Numbered from the stretch's first letter, positions 23,496-37,022 are shown. The stretch: 64,000 nt of DNA from Takakia lepidozioides (GCA_030704615.1 CM060731.1:91078001-91142000); one strand, 5' to 3'. Translations and numbers: made by a program. Notes: generated from the letters alone by a model not told the origin.

Positions 23496-26043
23496 CAAAG
23501 CAAACACTAGCAGGGAAAACAGGGTGAAATATGTTGAAGAAGGTACCTTCACGGCTTCATGGATTTGTTGTGATATGGTAGAGGGGCATTGGGAATGCGG
23601 ACATCATCAATGTGGATGGCCACATAGCCTTCTGGCACAACAGGGTACCCTTCACTCACCTCCATCCCTTGGAGACCACCAATGCCGCCAGATCCGGCTG
23701 TTGATCGCGAAACAGTGTCTATGAGCTTGACATGGTCTCCCACCACGAACTGCCATCCCAGCCCAAACATGGCAGATTGCATGAGAATTGTGGAACATGG
23801 ATTGTGGAACGTATTGTGTCTACAAGGTCTACAAGGAGCTAATAACAATTTGTCTATCCAGGTCGGGAAGGGGAGAATAGCAGATGCATACACTTACCCC
23901 ATTCTGCGAATCAGGGATCAGTGGTGTCGGCTTCCTCAAAGGGTGAAGGTGTGTTGCCCTTTGATTTGGGGGGCCTTGTTTGTGGCCAAGCACCTACAAC
24001 CAACCAACAAGCACCAAAAATGTATATTATCTACACTGGGAACTCAAATTACACTAACACAATAAGATGCACCCAAACTGTCAATGCCTACAGTTGACAC
24101 TGCGACAATAATTTGACAAACTCTATCACAACATGTTTTACTGCCACAACTTAAGCACAAATGAGGCTGGCAATGGCACAAGGGAGTCACACAAAAATGC
24201 CTCTAATGTCTGGCACTGTGTACCACACTACAAAGTATGTTACCTGGCGAGGCTGAATGGCTCGAGGGCTGATAGCTTGTTGCCCAAATGTGGGTTGCCC
24301 TTTGAGATATTTTGGAATGCTCGGAGCCTTAGCTGCCCCCTCCAAGAAGGGCCATAAGCTGGTCAGAAGGAAATTATCATTGTGCGCCTCTACAGAACGA
24401 CTTCTCCAAGGCAGTGGGAAAATGGCGCTGTATGCTGGATTTTTTGACCCCTTGTGCGGTGTGTCGTCAACAAGAAGAGTGGTTTCAGGATTCCAGACAC
24501 AGTTGTCCCGCCACACTGTAGATAGGTTCTTCAGAAACCGTGGTTTCATGGGCAGGCTCCCATCCATGTCAGTGGACTGCTCACAATATCCCCCATCCCA
24601 CTTGAATGCAAGGTCACGGTGCCCATGGAAGCCAGTCCACTGTGGGTAGGAAGTTACGTGGTTGCATACAAGACCATGCTGCCACTTCAAAGTGTTCGAA
24701 ACACTTGTCCAAAAAAGCTTTGCAACCAGGCCTTACAACGACCATCTTGCTACCACATAATTTGTGCTCAAGGCCATTTGGAACCACAAACGCATTACCG
24801 CTCCCGACATGGACGCACTCACACAGCAATCCATTAATATCTGGGATAAGCAAATGCTTGCCCTTCTCCACTATTGTGTGCACGACATTCTCCGACATTA
24901 ATTGAAGGTTGGGAGTGGAAGTGACAACCGTGGGTTGCTGGGTAATATCTGCCCGCGGGGAAACAAGGTCAATGTCCAGGGTTGTCTCAGATGCCCCCAC
25001 CGCGACAGCAGCAGGCCAGAGTTCTGCATGCGCCTCCACTACCGCACAGTGTGACAGAACTGCACGAGGACGCGTAAGTTCCTTGGTAGGGGTGTCGTCC
25101 CCTCCACCTGGGCCAACATGCTCCACCTGCACATCATCCTCGAATGCATCAACGGGAGTGACGTTACCTGGTGACATGCCAGGCAAGTCAAGCCTGTCCT
25201 CCAGACGTCTTGAGGCTGAAGGGCTAGCGATGCACGAGCTGTTTGCTATGGATGAGCCCACTAAGGCAGGTGAGGAAATGCTGATCCCAAATTTCTCAGC
25301 CATGGCCTTCTGGTACATCATCACATGCGATATTGTAGCCTTCAAATCCATCATATCTTTGTGTTGTGCACCCCGTGCTCTTTCCATATCCTCCACTTTG
25401 CGAGCAATTGCTGAATACCCAGAGGTCCCCTCCTGCCAGGTCCACACAAGTCCATGAACAACATGAGAACATCATGCCGTTGGTAGGGAAAATGCCTAGA
25501 ACAAAATAATCGACAAAAAATGGGAGAAAGAATGATTACGTGGATCTCACCATCCGCTCACTGGTCAATGTTCTGCTTACTGAACCTTCCTTGATTTCAT
25601 GCAACGATGGACTTCGGCCTCGCACCTTTGCCTGCATTTGTCATGTACCAGCTCAGTATGCTAGCATGGTCAACCTGACGAGCGACATACCATTCTGTGA
25701 CAACAGTGATTGAACAGAGGTTTGTCAGACATACTGTTGGGATGCAACCAATATTGGTATCCCCGCGCCCACTAACCTAGTCACTATGTCTGCAGTAATA
25801 CAGAGAGCTGAGTGACAAATGCAGCTAATGCAGAAGAGTAATCACCAGCACAACACTACCCTATGTTAATGACCACAAAAAGTCATGTTAACACTCACAC
25901 TCACTCTCACTATTGCAGTTTCAAATACTGCCCTGACATCATCATTGCACGACAACTCTGATCAGACCCTCCTCTATCCACACTTACAGATTGGTATGTA
26001 AAATGAGGACCCCACCCACTTCACAACTTTGTCAGGTTCGGGT

Positions 26044-26897
26044 AATCCGGGTTTTCCAGATATCCTCTAGAAATCCCTTCACACAAGCATCAATCTGCTG
26101 TGTGTGATTTGCCCAAAAACTAGGCCTCAGGAAGGCCTGGGCTTTTGGCTCAGCCTCTCAACTTTCAAAGTTGGTGAACAGGGGTACAGGCACAATTCCC
26201 TTGATTGAATTGAAGACAGCGTCTCTTTGGTGAGAGAACCCCGGACAGTGTATCAGAAAATGAATACTGTCTTCAGATTGCCCACACAACGGACAATTGC
26301 ACTCTCCCTTTCCTCTCTGCTTCTGTTTGCTGTTCAAAGGTAGGCTTGCTTCCTGCCCTGAGTTTAAATTTCAGTCTAGTGCCGAGAGTGGGTAGACCCT
26401 TGAGGTCATCCAAGATGTCCACCCCCATGTCACTGACTAGAAAGAAGTTCAGGGAAGTTCTCTGCCTAACTTCATTTCATCAGACAATCTCATGGCAACA
26501 AACATGGCTTCAGACACTACAGCCTCTAAGGCAGATTTATCCAGCAGGGTCAAGACTTGCGGATCTAGGTCCAGGTCCTTGAGAATCTTTTCTACTGTCT
26601 TCTGCCAGGACTTAGCCTGTTTGACAGGGCGGTCCTGTTTCCAAGATATAGAGTCGATCAACTTAGGATATCTGGTGTTGGGCATATGTTGCAGCTGACC
26701 CCACCATCTGACCTTGAATTCATCTCGTTGGGAGCTTAAGGATGGAATGCCAAACTCACCCCGAACAACCACATTGGCTGTTTTGGAGCATGCTGACATA
26801 CACTCCTTAAGCACCCCCACTTGAATGGATTCTAGAGACTTAGCCTGGTTGGAGCTATCAACCCATATAGCAGATCTGTACTCCAAGGCAGGTCCCC
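26044..26897 (-). mobile_element. Truncated RTE-X-like LINE fragment
   Basis: PALEY…SKTANV…EFKVRWWGQLQHM, near-identical to 8720-9550. Confidence 0.88.
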
Positions 26898-27094
26898 CCT
26901 TAAAGAAAAGCCTACAAGCACCTTGCGACAAGGTGAATGAACACTTTAGGACACTCCACAGGCAACACCCCTTCAAGAAAAACCTGATTGCCGGGGACAT
27001 AATTTGGAGAATTCAATGACAAAGCCTAGTGGCACTTCGTACTTCCCTCCTAACATGGTGTAAAATGGGGGAAATGGACACCCCATTATACATT

Positions 27095-27788
27095 GTACTC
27101 ATAAGACGTTGTTTGCCGTAGCCTTCTGGCCATTGACCCCACGCCCAGTTTGAGCGGGAACAAAAGGAACAGAACCTACCTCAGTCAGGGGTTGACGTTG
27201 GTAGTAAGAATTACCTTCATATAAGGATTTAATCCGGGTTTTCCAGATATCCTCTAGAAAACCCTTCACACAAGCATCAATCTGCTGGGTGTGATTTGCC
27301 CCAAAACTAGGCCTCAGGAGGGCCGCGGCTTTTGGCTCAGCCTCGAGAGTTTCAAAGTTGGTAAACAGGGGTACAGGCACAATTCCCTTGATTGAATTGA
27401 AGACAACGTCTCTTTGGTGAGAGAACCCCGGACAGTGTATCAGAAAATGAATATTGTCTTCAGATTGCCCACACTACGGACAATTGCACTCTCCCTTTCC
27501 TCTCTGCTTCTGTTTGTTGTTCAAAGGTAGGCTTCCTGCCCTGAGTTTAAATTTCAGTCTACTTCCAACTTGTGGGTAGACCCTTGAGGTCATCCAAGAT
27601 GTCCACCCCCATGTCACTGACTGGAAACAACTTCAGGGAAGTTCTCTGCCTAACTTCATTTTCATCAGACAATCTGATGGCCACAGACATGCCTTCAGAC
27701 ACTACAGTCTCTAAGTCAGATTTATCCAGCTGGGTCAATACTTGCGGATCCAGGTCCAGGTCCTTGAGAATCTTTTCTACTCTCTTCT
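27095..27788 (-). mobile_element. Truncated RTE-X-like LINE 3' end
   Basis: VKQAKSWQKRV…FLEDIWKTR…KATANNVL and the TTATGAGTACA tail. Confidence 0.88.
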
Positions 27789-29091
27789 GCCAGGACTTAG
27801 CCTGTTTCACATTATAAACAACAATCAGCCAAGGCAAAGAGGGCAAAAAGGCTGGTGTGTGAACTTACAAGCCGAGCCTCAACAGATGCCTTCCCACCAC
27901 GTCCTGTTTTTGAAGGCTTCTTGATTGATGAATTTGCAACCTTCATGAGGGCACTTTTTGCGTTGAATCGTGCTGTCTGCCAATACGATACCAGCCTGTC
28001 CCAATGAGCTTCCTTCAGATGCGCAGGCCTCCCCTCGCCTGCCTTGTACATTGCATGGATCTCGTGTCTTTGGGTTTTCAAGGCAATGCCAAGTGTCTTC
28101 CTCATGTGCTCATAGTCAAGACCACGTGGCGTGTACACAAATGTAGAGTTTAGAATCCTATATATTTCTTCAATGACAGATTCATCCTGCGCTGCAATAT
28201 GCATTGACATGTCACACAAACGCCACATCTGGCCTTTGAGGGCTGCATGCCAGGTATTGCGTGCTGGTCCAATGGGCTCTCCAGCTTTGTCAACCGGAAG
28301 CACTTGAGGGGGGAGTCCATCTTCGTCCATCATGGTTTCGGATTGCCTCTGCCCTGGCACGCCTGTTCGCCCGCCTCAAAGCATTAGCTCGCTCCTTCTT
28401 GGTCATAGGGGTCTCTTCCTTTGCCACCTCAGGTGGTGGGGCAGCTGGGGGTTGCCATGGGGAATGGGGGGCGGGACAGTATCGCCCACCGTATGGCCCA
28501 AAAGGTTCGTATGGTGGACGTGTAGATGTCGGGTAAGCATGTGGGTCTAGGAGGTAAGGGGGAATAGGTGGAGGAGAATGGGCATATGGCTGCTCTGGGT
28601 AACCACCTGGAGGGGGCTTGTATTGGATGTGCGGGTTGTAAGGGCCCGCAGGGGGGCTGCTATTTCATGAGCCATGAGCAGAGTCGTAAGTGTGGAAAAA
28701 AACATGAGCAGCACTATTTTCCGGAAATGAGTGTCCGCGGGAATAGGGTTTAGGGTGCCACGGTCATAGGGGGAGAAGGACCTCCCGATGAAGGAGGTTC
28801 GGCAATGTTATTTAGAATTATATATTGAAAGGCAATGTTTCGCGAATGGTAGGGTGGTACTGCTCTGTAAAATGGGGGCCCATTTCAGCCTACCAGCCAC
28901 TTGCAAAATCCACCCACACTCCCAATCCCAAACGAAATGAGCAATGACGCATTCTCGGAACGATGGACACAGAATAGAATAAAAAGAGGGCACAATGAGG
29001 TTTTTATTGATCCACATGAATTGCATTTGAAGCACGTCTACTGTGCTGATTGTGCAATCAAATCTTTAGCCCTGTGCCTACTGAATACAAG

Positions 29092-29655
29092 TCACGTTGT
29101 CAATGGGACTTTGACTGCTCTTAGAACTAGCTCATGAGTCATGGGGCTCCTCCAGGTAAAGTCAATTGCAGCCGTTGTACCGCCCCTAGTGATGTTCACC
29201 ACAATGTCCTGCCCTTCAATCATACCACCATCGAATATGGAAATCTTCACGTTTTCGTCGTCCACACCAATGCGAATGTCCCCATACAATGGAGAAGAGG
29301 AGCGCACTCCTTCAGGAGAATAGGTCTCTCCGATGGAGTCCACCCACGTCCAATGGCAGCAGTTCCACTGCAACAGCATAGCAGTGCGCCTTCTTCTGCA
29401 TGGGTGACCGTCGTAGCTGGGAAAATCAAAATCGAGGATGCGCAGGAGCCACGGACTCCTCAGACCAAGATCGTCACCCCGCTCGAAGGCGTAGTGGCCT
29501 AGGATATACTCAAAAGCCACCAATGTTTCCACAATCGAACCAGTATCTTCTCTGTAATCTGTGTACCAGATAACAATGTCTCCCGATGTGGCCGAATACA
29601 TTGCATAATCGATGCCTCCAAATGGGCAGTCGTCCCGGTTCCGGAATCACGGCAT
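29092..29655 (-). pseudogene. Unknown protein, paralog of 30205-30783; codon 3 is TGA
   Basis: It reads MP*FRNRDDCPFGGIDYAMY…SGDIVIW…FERG…PWLLRILD.D.PS…WN.C.WT…PLYGDIR…DGG.I.G.DIVV…ELVLR and aligns along its full length with the plus-strand ORF. Confidence 0.65.
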
Positions 29656-30204
29656 CCTTGCAAAGGAGGACCTGAGGACGACTTGGATGCCGATGACCTT
29701 GCGGACAGCTACGAAGCCCTAGGTTTTGGAAATGATGCGAAGCGGAAGAGCAGTCCGGCCTCCAATAATGGAGCATCTGGGTCCCATGTACCCACCGACA
29801 GAGGTGGAACGTGTTCATCACGCCAGCGGTGGATGAACCCATACATCTTTCTCATCAACAAGTTATAGTTTGAGATCTGCCACCGAAGTCCATCCCCCCG
29901 GATGGAAATTCGGCGCCGCATTTACATCGAAGAGGGGATGGACTTCGTCTTGTCCAGTGGCTATCGGCCCACCTGGCAGTGACTGCCCATAGTTTGCATG
30001 GCAGGGTAGGAAACTGAAACGGCTACATTCATGCAGCAGCCAATCTTCATCGGTCCAGGATCCTATAGGGGGGAAATTTAAATGTGCCCTGGAGTGTTTG
30101 TGAGGAATTGCAGCGTTAGCTTGAACTTTTTCCAGCCACCGCGCTGCTCCTCCTCCATCCGGGAGCTGCTGTCATTGAGCGTACTCCGCTACTCTTTTTC
30201 AAGG

Positions 30205-30783
30205 ATGCCGTGCCGCCGAAATCCAGCCGACTGCCCTTATCATGGCCACGATTATGCTATGTTCAAACCAGAATCAGGAGACATCATTGTCTGGCTCTCT
30301 GTTTTCACAGACGCTGCTGGAATCAAGCAAGAGTCTTTGCGCGCAATGGAGTATCTGGAGGGCTATTACCGCTTTGAGCGAGGTGAGGGCGAGGGTCAAT
30401 GCGGTCCGTGGGTCCTGAAAATTGTTGACCTCGATATACCAAGCTGGAAAGGGATGCCGGACAGATCACGCACGGCCTCGCTTTGGCGCTGGAACTACTG
30501 CCAGTGGACCAGGGAGGACGGCACCGGGGAAAACTATATACGTGCAGATCACTCCGCTCTTCCAGTGTATGGAGACATTCGGCTGAGTTGCGAAGACGAA
30601 TCGCACGGGCACATGAGGCCCACAGTGACCTTGTCAATGTATGATGGTGGTATCATTGATGGACATGACATTGTCGTCGGCTCCAGCAAGGGCAGCAGAA
30701 CGACCGAATTGCAGTTTACCTCGAGGTGCCGCAGCAGTGATGAGCTTGTTTTGAGGGGTATCGAAGTTCCGTCGACTTGGTGA
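30205..30783 (+). CDS. Unknown 192-aa protein (intact ORF), probably element cargo
   Basis: The ORF MPCRRNPADCPYHGHDYAMF…ELVLRGIEVPSTW is open. Protein-level conservation with the divergent paralog at 29092-29655 supports coding status. Confidence 0.7.
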   Translation: MPCRRNPADCPYHGHDYAMFKPESGDIIVWLSVFTDAAGIKQESLRAMEYLEGYYRFERGEGEGQCGPWVLKIVDLDIPSWKGMPDRSRTASLWRWNYCQWTREDGTGENYIRADHSALPVYGDIRLSCEDESHGHMRPTVTLSMYDGGIIDGHDIVVGSSKGSRTTELQFTSRCRSSDELVLRGIEVPSTW

Positions 30784-31038
30784 AGCCCATGTAGAAGGAG
30801 GAAGGGCTTAGTTTTGTCTGCAGTTGGTAAATGTGAGACATCGTGTCCGATCAATAACCCATCGTACCTCACTTCTGTATGATTGTGTTTCATTCTGTTG
30901 AATAACTGTCGGAATTGGCCCACTGTTTACAATTTGATGTCTCATTTCTACAATTTGTCTGTCCGGATGAATATACCAGAGTAACCGGTATGAGAGTCAT
31001 GTGTCAAGAATATACCAGAGTAACGCCATGTCGGCATC

Positions 31039-31761
31039 GAAATGCGGTGCCGCATTTCCATGCCGACATGAAAATGTATGAACCGCATTTCAGTGTCGGA
31101 CAATGGAATGCGGTGCATCATTTCCGTCCAGGTACACGAAATACCAACACGGGTCTATAAATTGGACAGACAACGAGGTTGGCATTGCAAATGTGGCGAC
31201 GCATTTCCAGCTTGGCAATGGAAACTTCTTTTTGGACAAGGGAATGCGGTGCCGCATTTCCGTCCAACACTTCGAAAAGTGCACCCATTTCCGACCAGCT
31301 CGATGGAATGCGTTACCGCATTTCCGTGAGAGGGTCTGCAAATGGACAAATTGCGATGTCCGTTCTGGGAATGCGGCGCCGCATTTCCATGTCCGTCATC
31401 GATTTTTTTTTGACAATGGAATGCGGTGCCAATTTTTGCTGATGGGCCTGCAGTTCAAACAACGACCATCCCCAATATGGAAATGCGGTACCGCATTTCC
31501 AATTCCGCCATCTCGACCTCCTTGTTCGACCTCTGTAAGCATGGTGGCATCCATGCAATGAGCGGGAGAAGCCAAAACTGGCGTGTGGACAAAGGAAATT
31601 TTGGAAATGCGGCACCGCATTTCCAATCGGCCGATTACTTTTTACTATGCCAACATTGAAATGGAAAATTTAGTCCCTCCCCTGTTTTGGAAATGCGGTG
31701 CCGCATTTCCAAAAGAGGTTTTTAGAGTTGCCAAAATTTTGGAAATGCGGTGCCCCATTTC
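31039..31761. repeat. Array of ~12 palindromes GAAATGCGG-YR-CCGCATTTC (left array)
   Basis: Copies start at about 31039, 31071, 31105, 31188, 31241, 31305, 31368, 31418, 31480, 31604, 31690 and 31742. Confidence 0.9.
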
Positions 31762-31873
31762 TGATTTTGGAAGCGTCGTGGTTTGGGGGATTGTGTGGCT
31801 GGAATGCACACTGGAGAGGGGTCACGAATGTCGGGGAGATTTTCCTTTATATACTCTGGAAGAGAATTTACAT

Positions 31874-34800
31874 TTACAGAGACTTCATTAAAATTCTATT
31901 AATCTTGAAAATATCCGAATCCTCATCCTGTTCTAGACTGTCCTGCTCCGCCTCCACCCCCTCAGTGCCTTTCTCATCTCCAGCGGACTGCTCGTTGGCC
32001 AGGCTTTCGAAAATCCCATCTTCCCCTTGCGGAACTGTCCATCTCACCTCCGTTGGGTCGTCTTCCTCCTTGTCTGCGTCGCTCTCATCCGCTGAATCAC
32101 ATATGTACTTTCGTACCCGTCTACCTGTCTGAGCTGCTGCCAACTCTTTCCTTATCCTTCTGTCCTCCCTAGCCCTCTCCAAAATCTGCTCTACTTTACT
32201 GGGATTCTCACTTCTTCTAATCGCTGTATTTGCGAGTTTAGCTGCATAACTAGGAAGGGAGTAGTCCCTCACCGGGCTCGTCATGAAGTCGGCCCTCGCA
32301 AAGAACGGACATTCTTCCTGGCAGGAAGTGTAGGCCCTACATGTTTCGACCCGGACCCTGCAATCCTGCACATGACAATCATCAACGAGACTAATGAGAA
32401 CCACAGTCGGGAAATTCGTTTGACAAAAATGACCCAGAAGGCTTTGCAAACTTACAATGTTTGCACTCACTCGTATTCCGGGTTCTCCTCCGCATCAATG
32501 TCCACGATGTCTTCCTCGGACTCCGACGAATCCGAGGAGACTTCCGCTCTGTTGGGAGCCTTAACATTCCGTTGCAGCCCTTCCAGATGGGATCCCCACA
32601 CGGATGAATCCTCCTCGTAGGCAAAGAGGTGCCGGTCGGAAAACCGCCCAGCCCACATTGAGGCACCTGTTACAATGCCATCCACACATTACCACATGGC
32701 GCTTCAGATGTTGCGAACTACATCCTAACGAGAATTTGCAGAACAGCATAGATCAAGATTCTGCATACCTGTCCCACAGATGAGGTCGAGCACTGTGCCC
32801 TCCACGTCTGTGCATGTCTCCATAATTGTCTGAATGAAGGCAGGGCTCCGAGTCCGTGAGTACCGCAGGGGTTCCGTTGAAGTGAGGCTATGAGGGAGAA
32901 GTTCCTTGGGAACGTTGTTGAACAGAACGTCGTAATCGAGGGGGTCGCAGTTCGGGTCAACCTTTCCTCCCTCCTTCCGGAAAGCAAAGGTGGAGTTCTC
33001 CTTCACAAAGCAGTATGCATCGAACTGCTTCGTCTGCATACACAGGGGGGAACGATTAGAAACCGAATGCGGCACCGCATTTGAAAACACCCAAGCAAAT
33101 GAATGGACGAGTGCCAGTGTCGTAATCACCTTCTTCCCTTCCGACCGAAGGCCCAGTGTGTTGATGCACGTCCACTTCTTTTTCAGAATCGGGACGGCGC
33201 TCTTGCGGGTCCACTTCGCAATTCCTGTCTGAGTGTTTTTTCCTTTGCTCGCCAGGACAACCACACAGCCTCTGTCGTCCAACACCATGCGGGCAAGCCC
33301 GAATCCTTTCTTCCAAAAGTCCTCCGAGTACCTATTCCAAGATGGCAAAGCTTGCAGTCCTTCCACAGGCTCTCCGTCCGGAATATCCAAGATGATCATA
33401 TCGCAAGACCACTCGGTGGCATTTCCGCCCCTCCTACAATCCTTGTCTGCACACACCCTCTCAAAGAACGAGACCATATTCTGAAATCCTGGGGTGTCGG
33501 AAGGCTCTTCGGCAGTCGCCTTCTTCAGTGCTCTGCCCTTCAGACCCTCCATGGTCTTCATGTATGCCAACTTGGCTGCCCGTCCATCCAAAGCCGCCAA
33601 GAAACTCTCATTTACACACTGGACTACTGTTTCGGGAGCCATTTCGGCCTCTTCATTTCCACCGGCTCGAAAGGGTGCCCCCCTGGGGGGTTGAAGAGTG
33701 CCTTCTTTGCCGAGCCAGTTCTCGTGCCTCTCGTGACAACGGTGGGCACAGGGGAGGCAGCCTGCGTTTGGGGGGGTGGGCTGGTTGCAAAGTCTCCATC
33801 GGAGTCCTCTTCCTCACCCTCTTCCTGAACAGGCTGTTTCTGCTTCTTTGTTTTGGCGGGTGTCACAACAGTTGCTCCTTGCTGGCGAGTCCTCTTCTTC
33901 GACCCCTTCTGTTGGGCCTGCACAGCTGCATCCACCGTCTTTTGTGCCATCTCAGCTGCCTTTCTGGATTCTTCCAGAGCAGCAGATTCCTTTGCCAACT
34001 TTGGCCAAGCAGGGACACATCTTTCCTTTCTCTTCTCTTCTGCCAAGGCGTGCAGATCTTTCTCAGACTCGTCAACAATACCGCCAGACATATCCAGGTA
34101 CCAGGGGCATCCAACGAGATGCGCGGGATGCCATTGTTTCTGCATCTCGGGTGTGTAGACACAGCTTGGGCCTGCCACGGTCCAAGCCATGAAGAACGGG
34201 GGCTCTTGAGCCAGGGCCCCTGTCTGAAGGAGCACGTATTTCATATACCTGCAGGGCAGTCAGCATGCGTGAGCATAAGATTGGACGAACCTACTCGCAG
34301 AGTGCCACCGAAAACATAAAATGCGAATGCGGTGCCGCATTTCCGAGACAAACCTCGTAACCAGGCTTCGCATATAAGGGCAGCTGTGCTTCACCTGTAA
34401 ACAATTCGCATTGCAGCTTTCCCCGCTCCCTCTTGATGTGTAAACTCAACGCTCCTTCTTGCTGTCTGTAGCTCTCTGGTGAAAAGGTTGTCCTTGTACG
34501 CACATCTGAAACGTGTCACGTAGTCTTCCAATGTCTGTGTTCCATCCCATTTGACGTACAAGCCGAACGAATTTGTGTGCATTACGACTTGCTCCTTCGC
34601 ATTCGACATTACCTGCGATTTCCACATGCATTGTCACGTAGCAGTTCAGGGAATTCATTTCAGAAAAGCAAATCTGGGGAAGTACCTTGAATTACCTGGA
34701 ACCACCAAGTCATGCGGTTGAGCCACACATCCACTGCAGGGTCGGAAACTTCCAGTGGAAAAGACCACATTGTCCTTATGCTCTCGGATGCATTCCAGAT

Positions 34801-37022
34801 CGACAGCCACCGTGTCTGCCATTTCCGATCCAATGTCAGGAGCTGGAAGAGAGTGGCTATTGCTAGGAAGGAACTTCAGTGCATTGAAACCTCACCTTCT
34901 CTTTCGCCTCAATACATGCCGTTGAGAGGTGATGCAATTTCTCCAATTGCATGGTCGGCTGCATGGCCCGAGAATAGTGTTTTGCAATCTCGGGGATGAA
35001 GTCCTTTCCAAGTGCCGGATCTGCAATTGCCACCAGCTTCACAAGCTTTGACTTGTATTTGGTATTGGACTTGACACCGGCTTCCTTCAAGTGCTCAGTC
35101 AATGACTGCAACGTTTCACCTGCCCCTCACTTTCCATGAAGAAGCGTTTTGCATGGGCCAAATCCAGCTTGATGTTTGACTGCCAACAAAAACATGCAGA
35201 AGCGTTATATTCGATTCATGTGGAAAGATTACTGGAAACTTCAATCTCAAGGATGAGTAGAGGGAAATCGGAGGACGACTTACTTCGTATATCACCTCCA
35301 CCATTCCATCCATAGTGAGACGATACCATGTCCGGTCAGTTTTTGCCACGGCTTTCTGAATGAGCTCGGGCTCCAGCATTTCCGCGAACATGTGCGGATC
35401 AGTGAGACCAGTTTTCCTCACCCTGTACAGCATATGTGCCATGTGGGTATGCACGTACACATTTTCAGTGACCCTGCAAGGCACACTCTCCAGTTCAGTC
35501 CACGAAAGCACGGAAACAAAACAGATTGGAAACCGAAATGCGGCACCGCATTTCGAACGTGCTTGGGAGGGTATGAGTATCTTACGAGTTGAGGTCCGCC
35601 ATGGCATTCTTGAGCAAGGAGGAGTCTGCCGCCTTCACCTTGAGGATGACATACTCCACCATGTAATGCCAGCCAATGTGCTTGGCATGGTTCTGCTTGA
35701 TGTACTCCCACCAGGCGAGAAGTCGCTGATTCCCGTCCCACACAAAGAACATTTTATCCGACATATGGCCGAAGTCTGGATCACCCTTCAGCGTCACCTC
35801 GAATTCGTTGTTGCGAGTGTGCCAGTGGGTATCCCACGTTGACAATTCATCGGCAGTGGGTCCACAAGTTTCGCCGTCCTCATTCTCAATGGAAACATAA
35901 AACGCTGCCGATCCCAGACGGTACCCTTCTCGAAATGCGAACTTGAGCTTATCCACATCTCCGGGAAGGGCCTGCCTGACGATGGAAGGGAGACCATGCG
36001 ACAGAGTGGGATTCGAAGAGTCCGCTGGAATACCCTGCTGCCCAAAACTCTGCCAATGCTACTGTGTGTCTCCTCCAACATTTTATCAGCTGCACTTTTG
36101 AAATCCTCCGGAGACATGTCTGTAGGTGCCGGTAGTGGCTGAGCAGCTGGAGCATCCTCAACTGGAGCTGCACTCTGGGGCCTGTCTGCGGGCAATTTTG
36201 CCATTGCAGAGGCCTCCTCCGGGCCTGCTTGCTCATCGGTGGTGAGGTCTTGCTGCGAATGTTGAGCGGCAGCACCCTCCTCCAGTACCAAATCGACAGA
36301 AACGGTCGATCCCATTGCCTTTGCTGCAGCAGAGTCGGCCCCAACATCTGCAGGCGGGAAATCCTCCAGGAACTGAGCTTCAGCTCGTGGAAGCGGTTTT
36401 TGCGGGACATTGTTCGGCCGTCGCCCTGATTACCTTCTGCTTCCTCATCCTTGCAGGTGAAGGTGTCTGCTGCAATTGAATCTGTCTTTTACCAGGCTGC
36501 TTCATTCGCGTTGGTGGGGGTGAAGCGGCCTGAGCCGGTTCAGAAACTAGTAGAGGGACGGGCTGCTTCTTCTTCGACTTTGCTGGAGAAGGGCCCGACC
36601 CCTGCTGGCGATTCTCCATGACCGAAGAACGCGAGTCGATCTCTGGGGCTTTGAACTTGCCCTTCAAAGCCGTGTCTTTGAAACGCACAGGGCTAGGCCC
36701 GGCAGGAATACCCGCGCTCGGGGATCGGGTGGGTGTACGTGCTGCAACTAGCTCCTCGGACTCTTCCTGCGGCTCTTCGGATTCCTGCGATCCCTCCAGC
36801 ACGTCCACCTTTCATGTTAGGCATGCAAACATGTTCTGCATTCAAGTCTCCTAGCATTCAGTCTAAGAATTACAGAAGCAAAATGGGGGGTTCGGTGCTC
36901 GATCAGCTGCGCGCAGCCCGATCGCATGGAGCTCTCACTGGTGGTTGGGTTGCCTGAGTGGCCTGCTGCTCGGAGATGGCAATCTCCTCCTGTAGACGCA
37001 TCTGCTTCCTCCCCTTTGGCAT
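31874..37022 (-). pseudogene. Multi-exon ParB/Srx-like plus beta-class amino-DNA-methyltransferase-like gene, copy 1 (frameshifted)
   Basis: The probable start MPKGRKQ is at 37022. ParB-like region: RIPLCRMV…D.LK..F…FFVWDGNQRLLAW (35582-36040). MTase-like region: CDMIILDIPDG (motif IV-like) …RTRSPAFIQTIME…GTVLDLICGT|GASMWAG…RHLFAYEED (motif I and post-I, spliced). GT-AG introns are shared with copy 2. Confidence 0.75.

Larger units (their letters stand above)
23549..28360 (-). pseudogene. CACTA TnpA-like gene, copy A: Transposase_24-like exon (27812-28360), FCP1/NIF HAD-phosphatase-like region (24187-25447, frameshifted) and a C-terminal En/Spm-type domain remnant (~23549-23700)
   Basis: WDRLVSYW…S..MK.AN…SKTGRGG…ARL is followed by GTAAGT. 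The HAD-like region has DINGLL…RPGCKAFL…VAAWS…TLLVDDTPHKGSKNP…IFP. The last part reads PEGYVAIHIDDVRIPNAPLP. Two LINE insertions interrupt the gene. Confidence 0.7.

Noticed and set aside
31078-31891. Many overlapping ORFs with KCGAAFP/GNAAPHF/EMRRRIS peptides (also 37415-38701)
   Set aside because: These are translations of the palindromic repeat in all six frames, not proteins.
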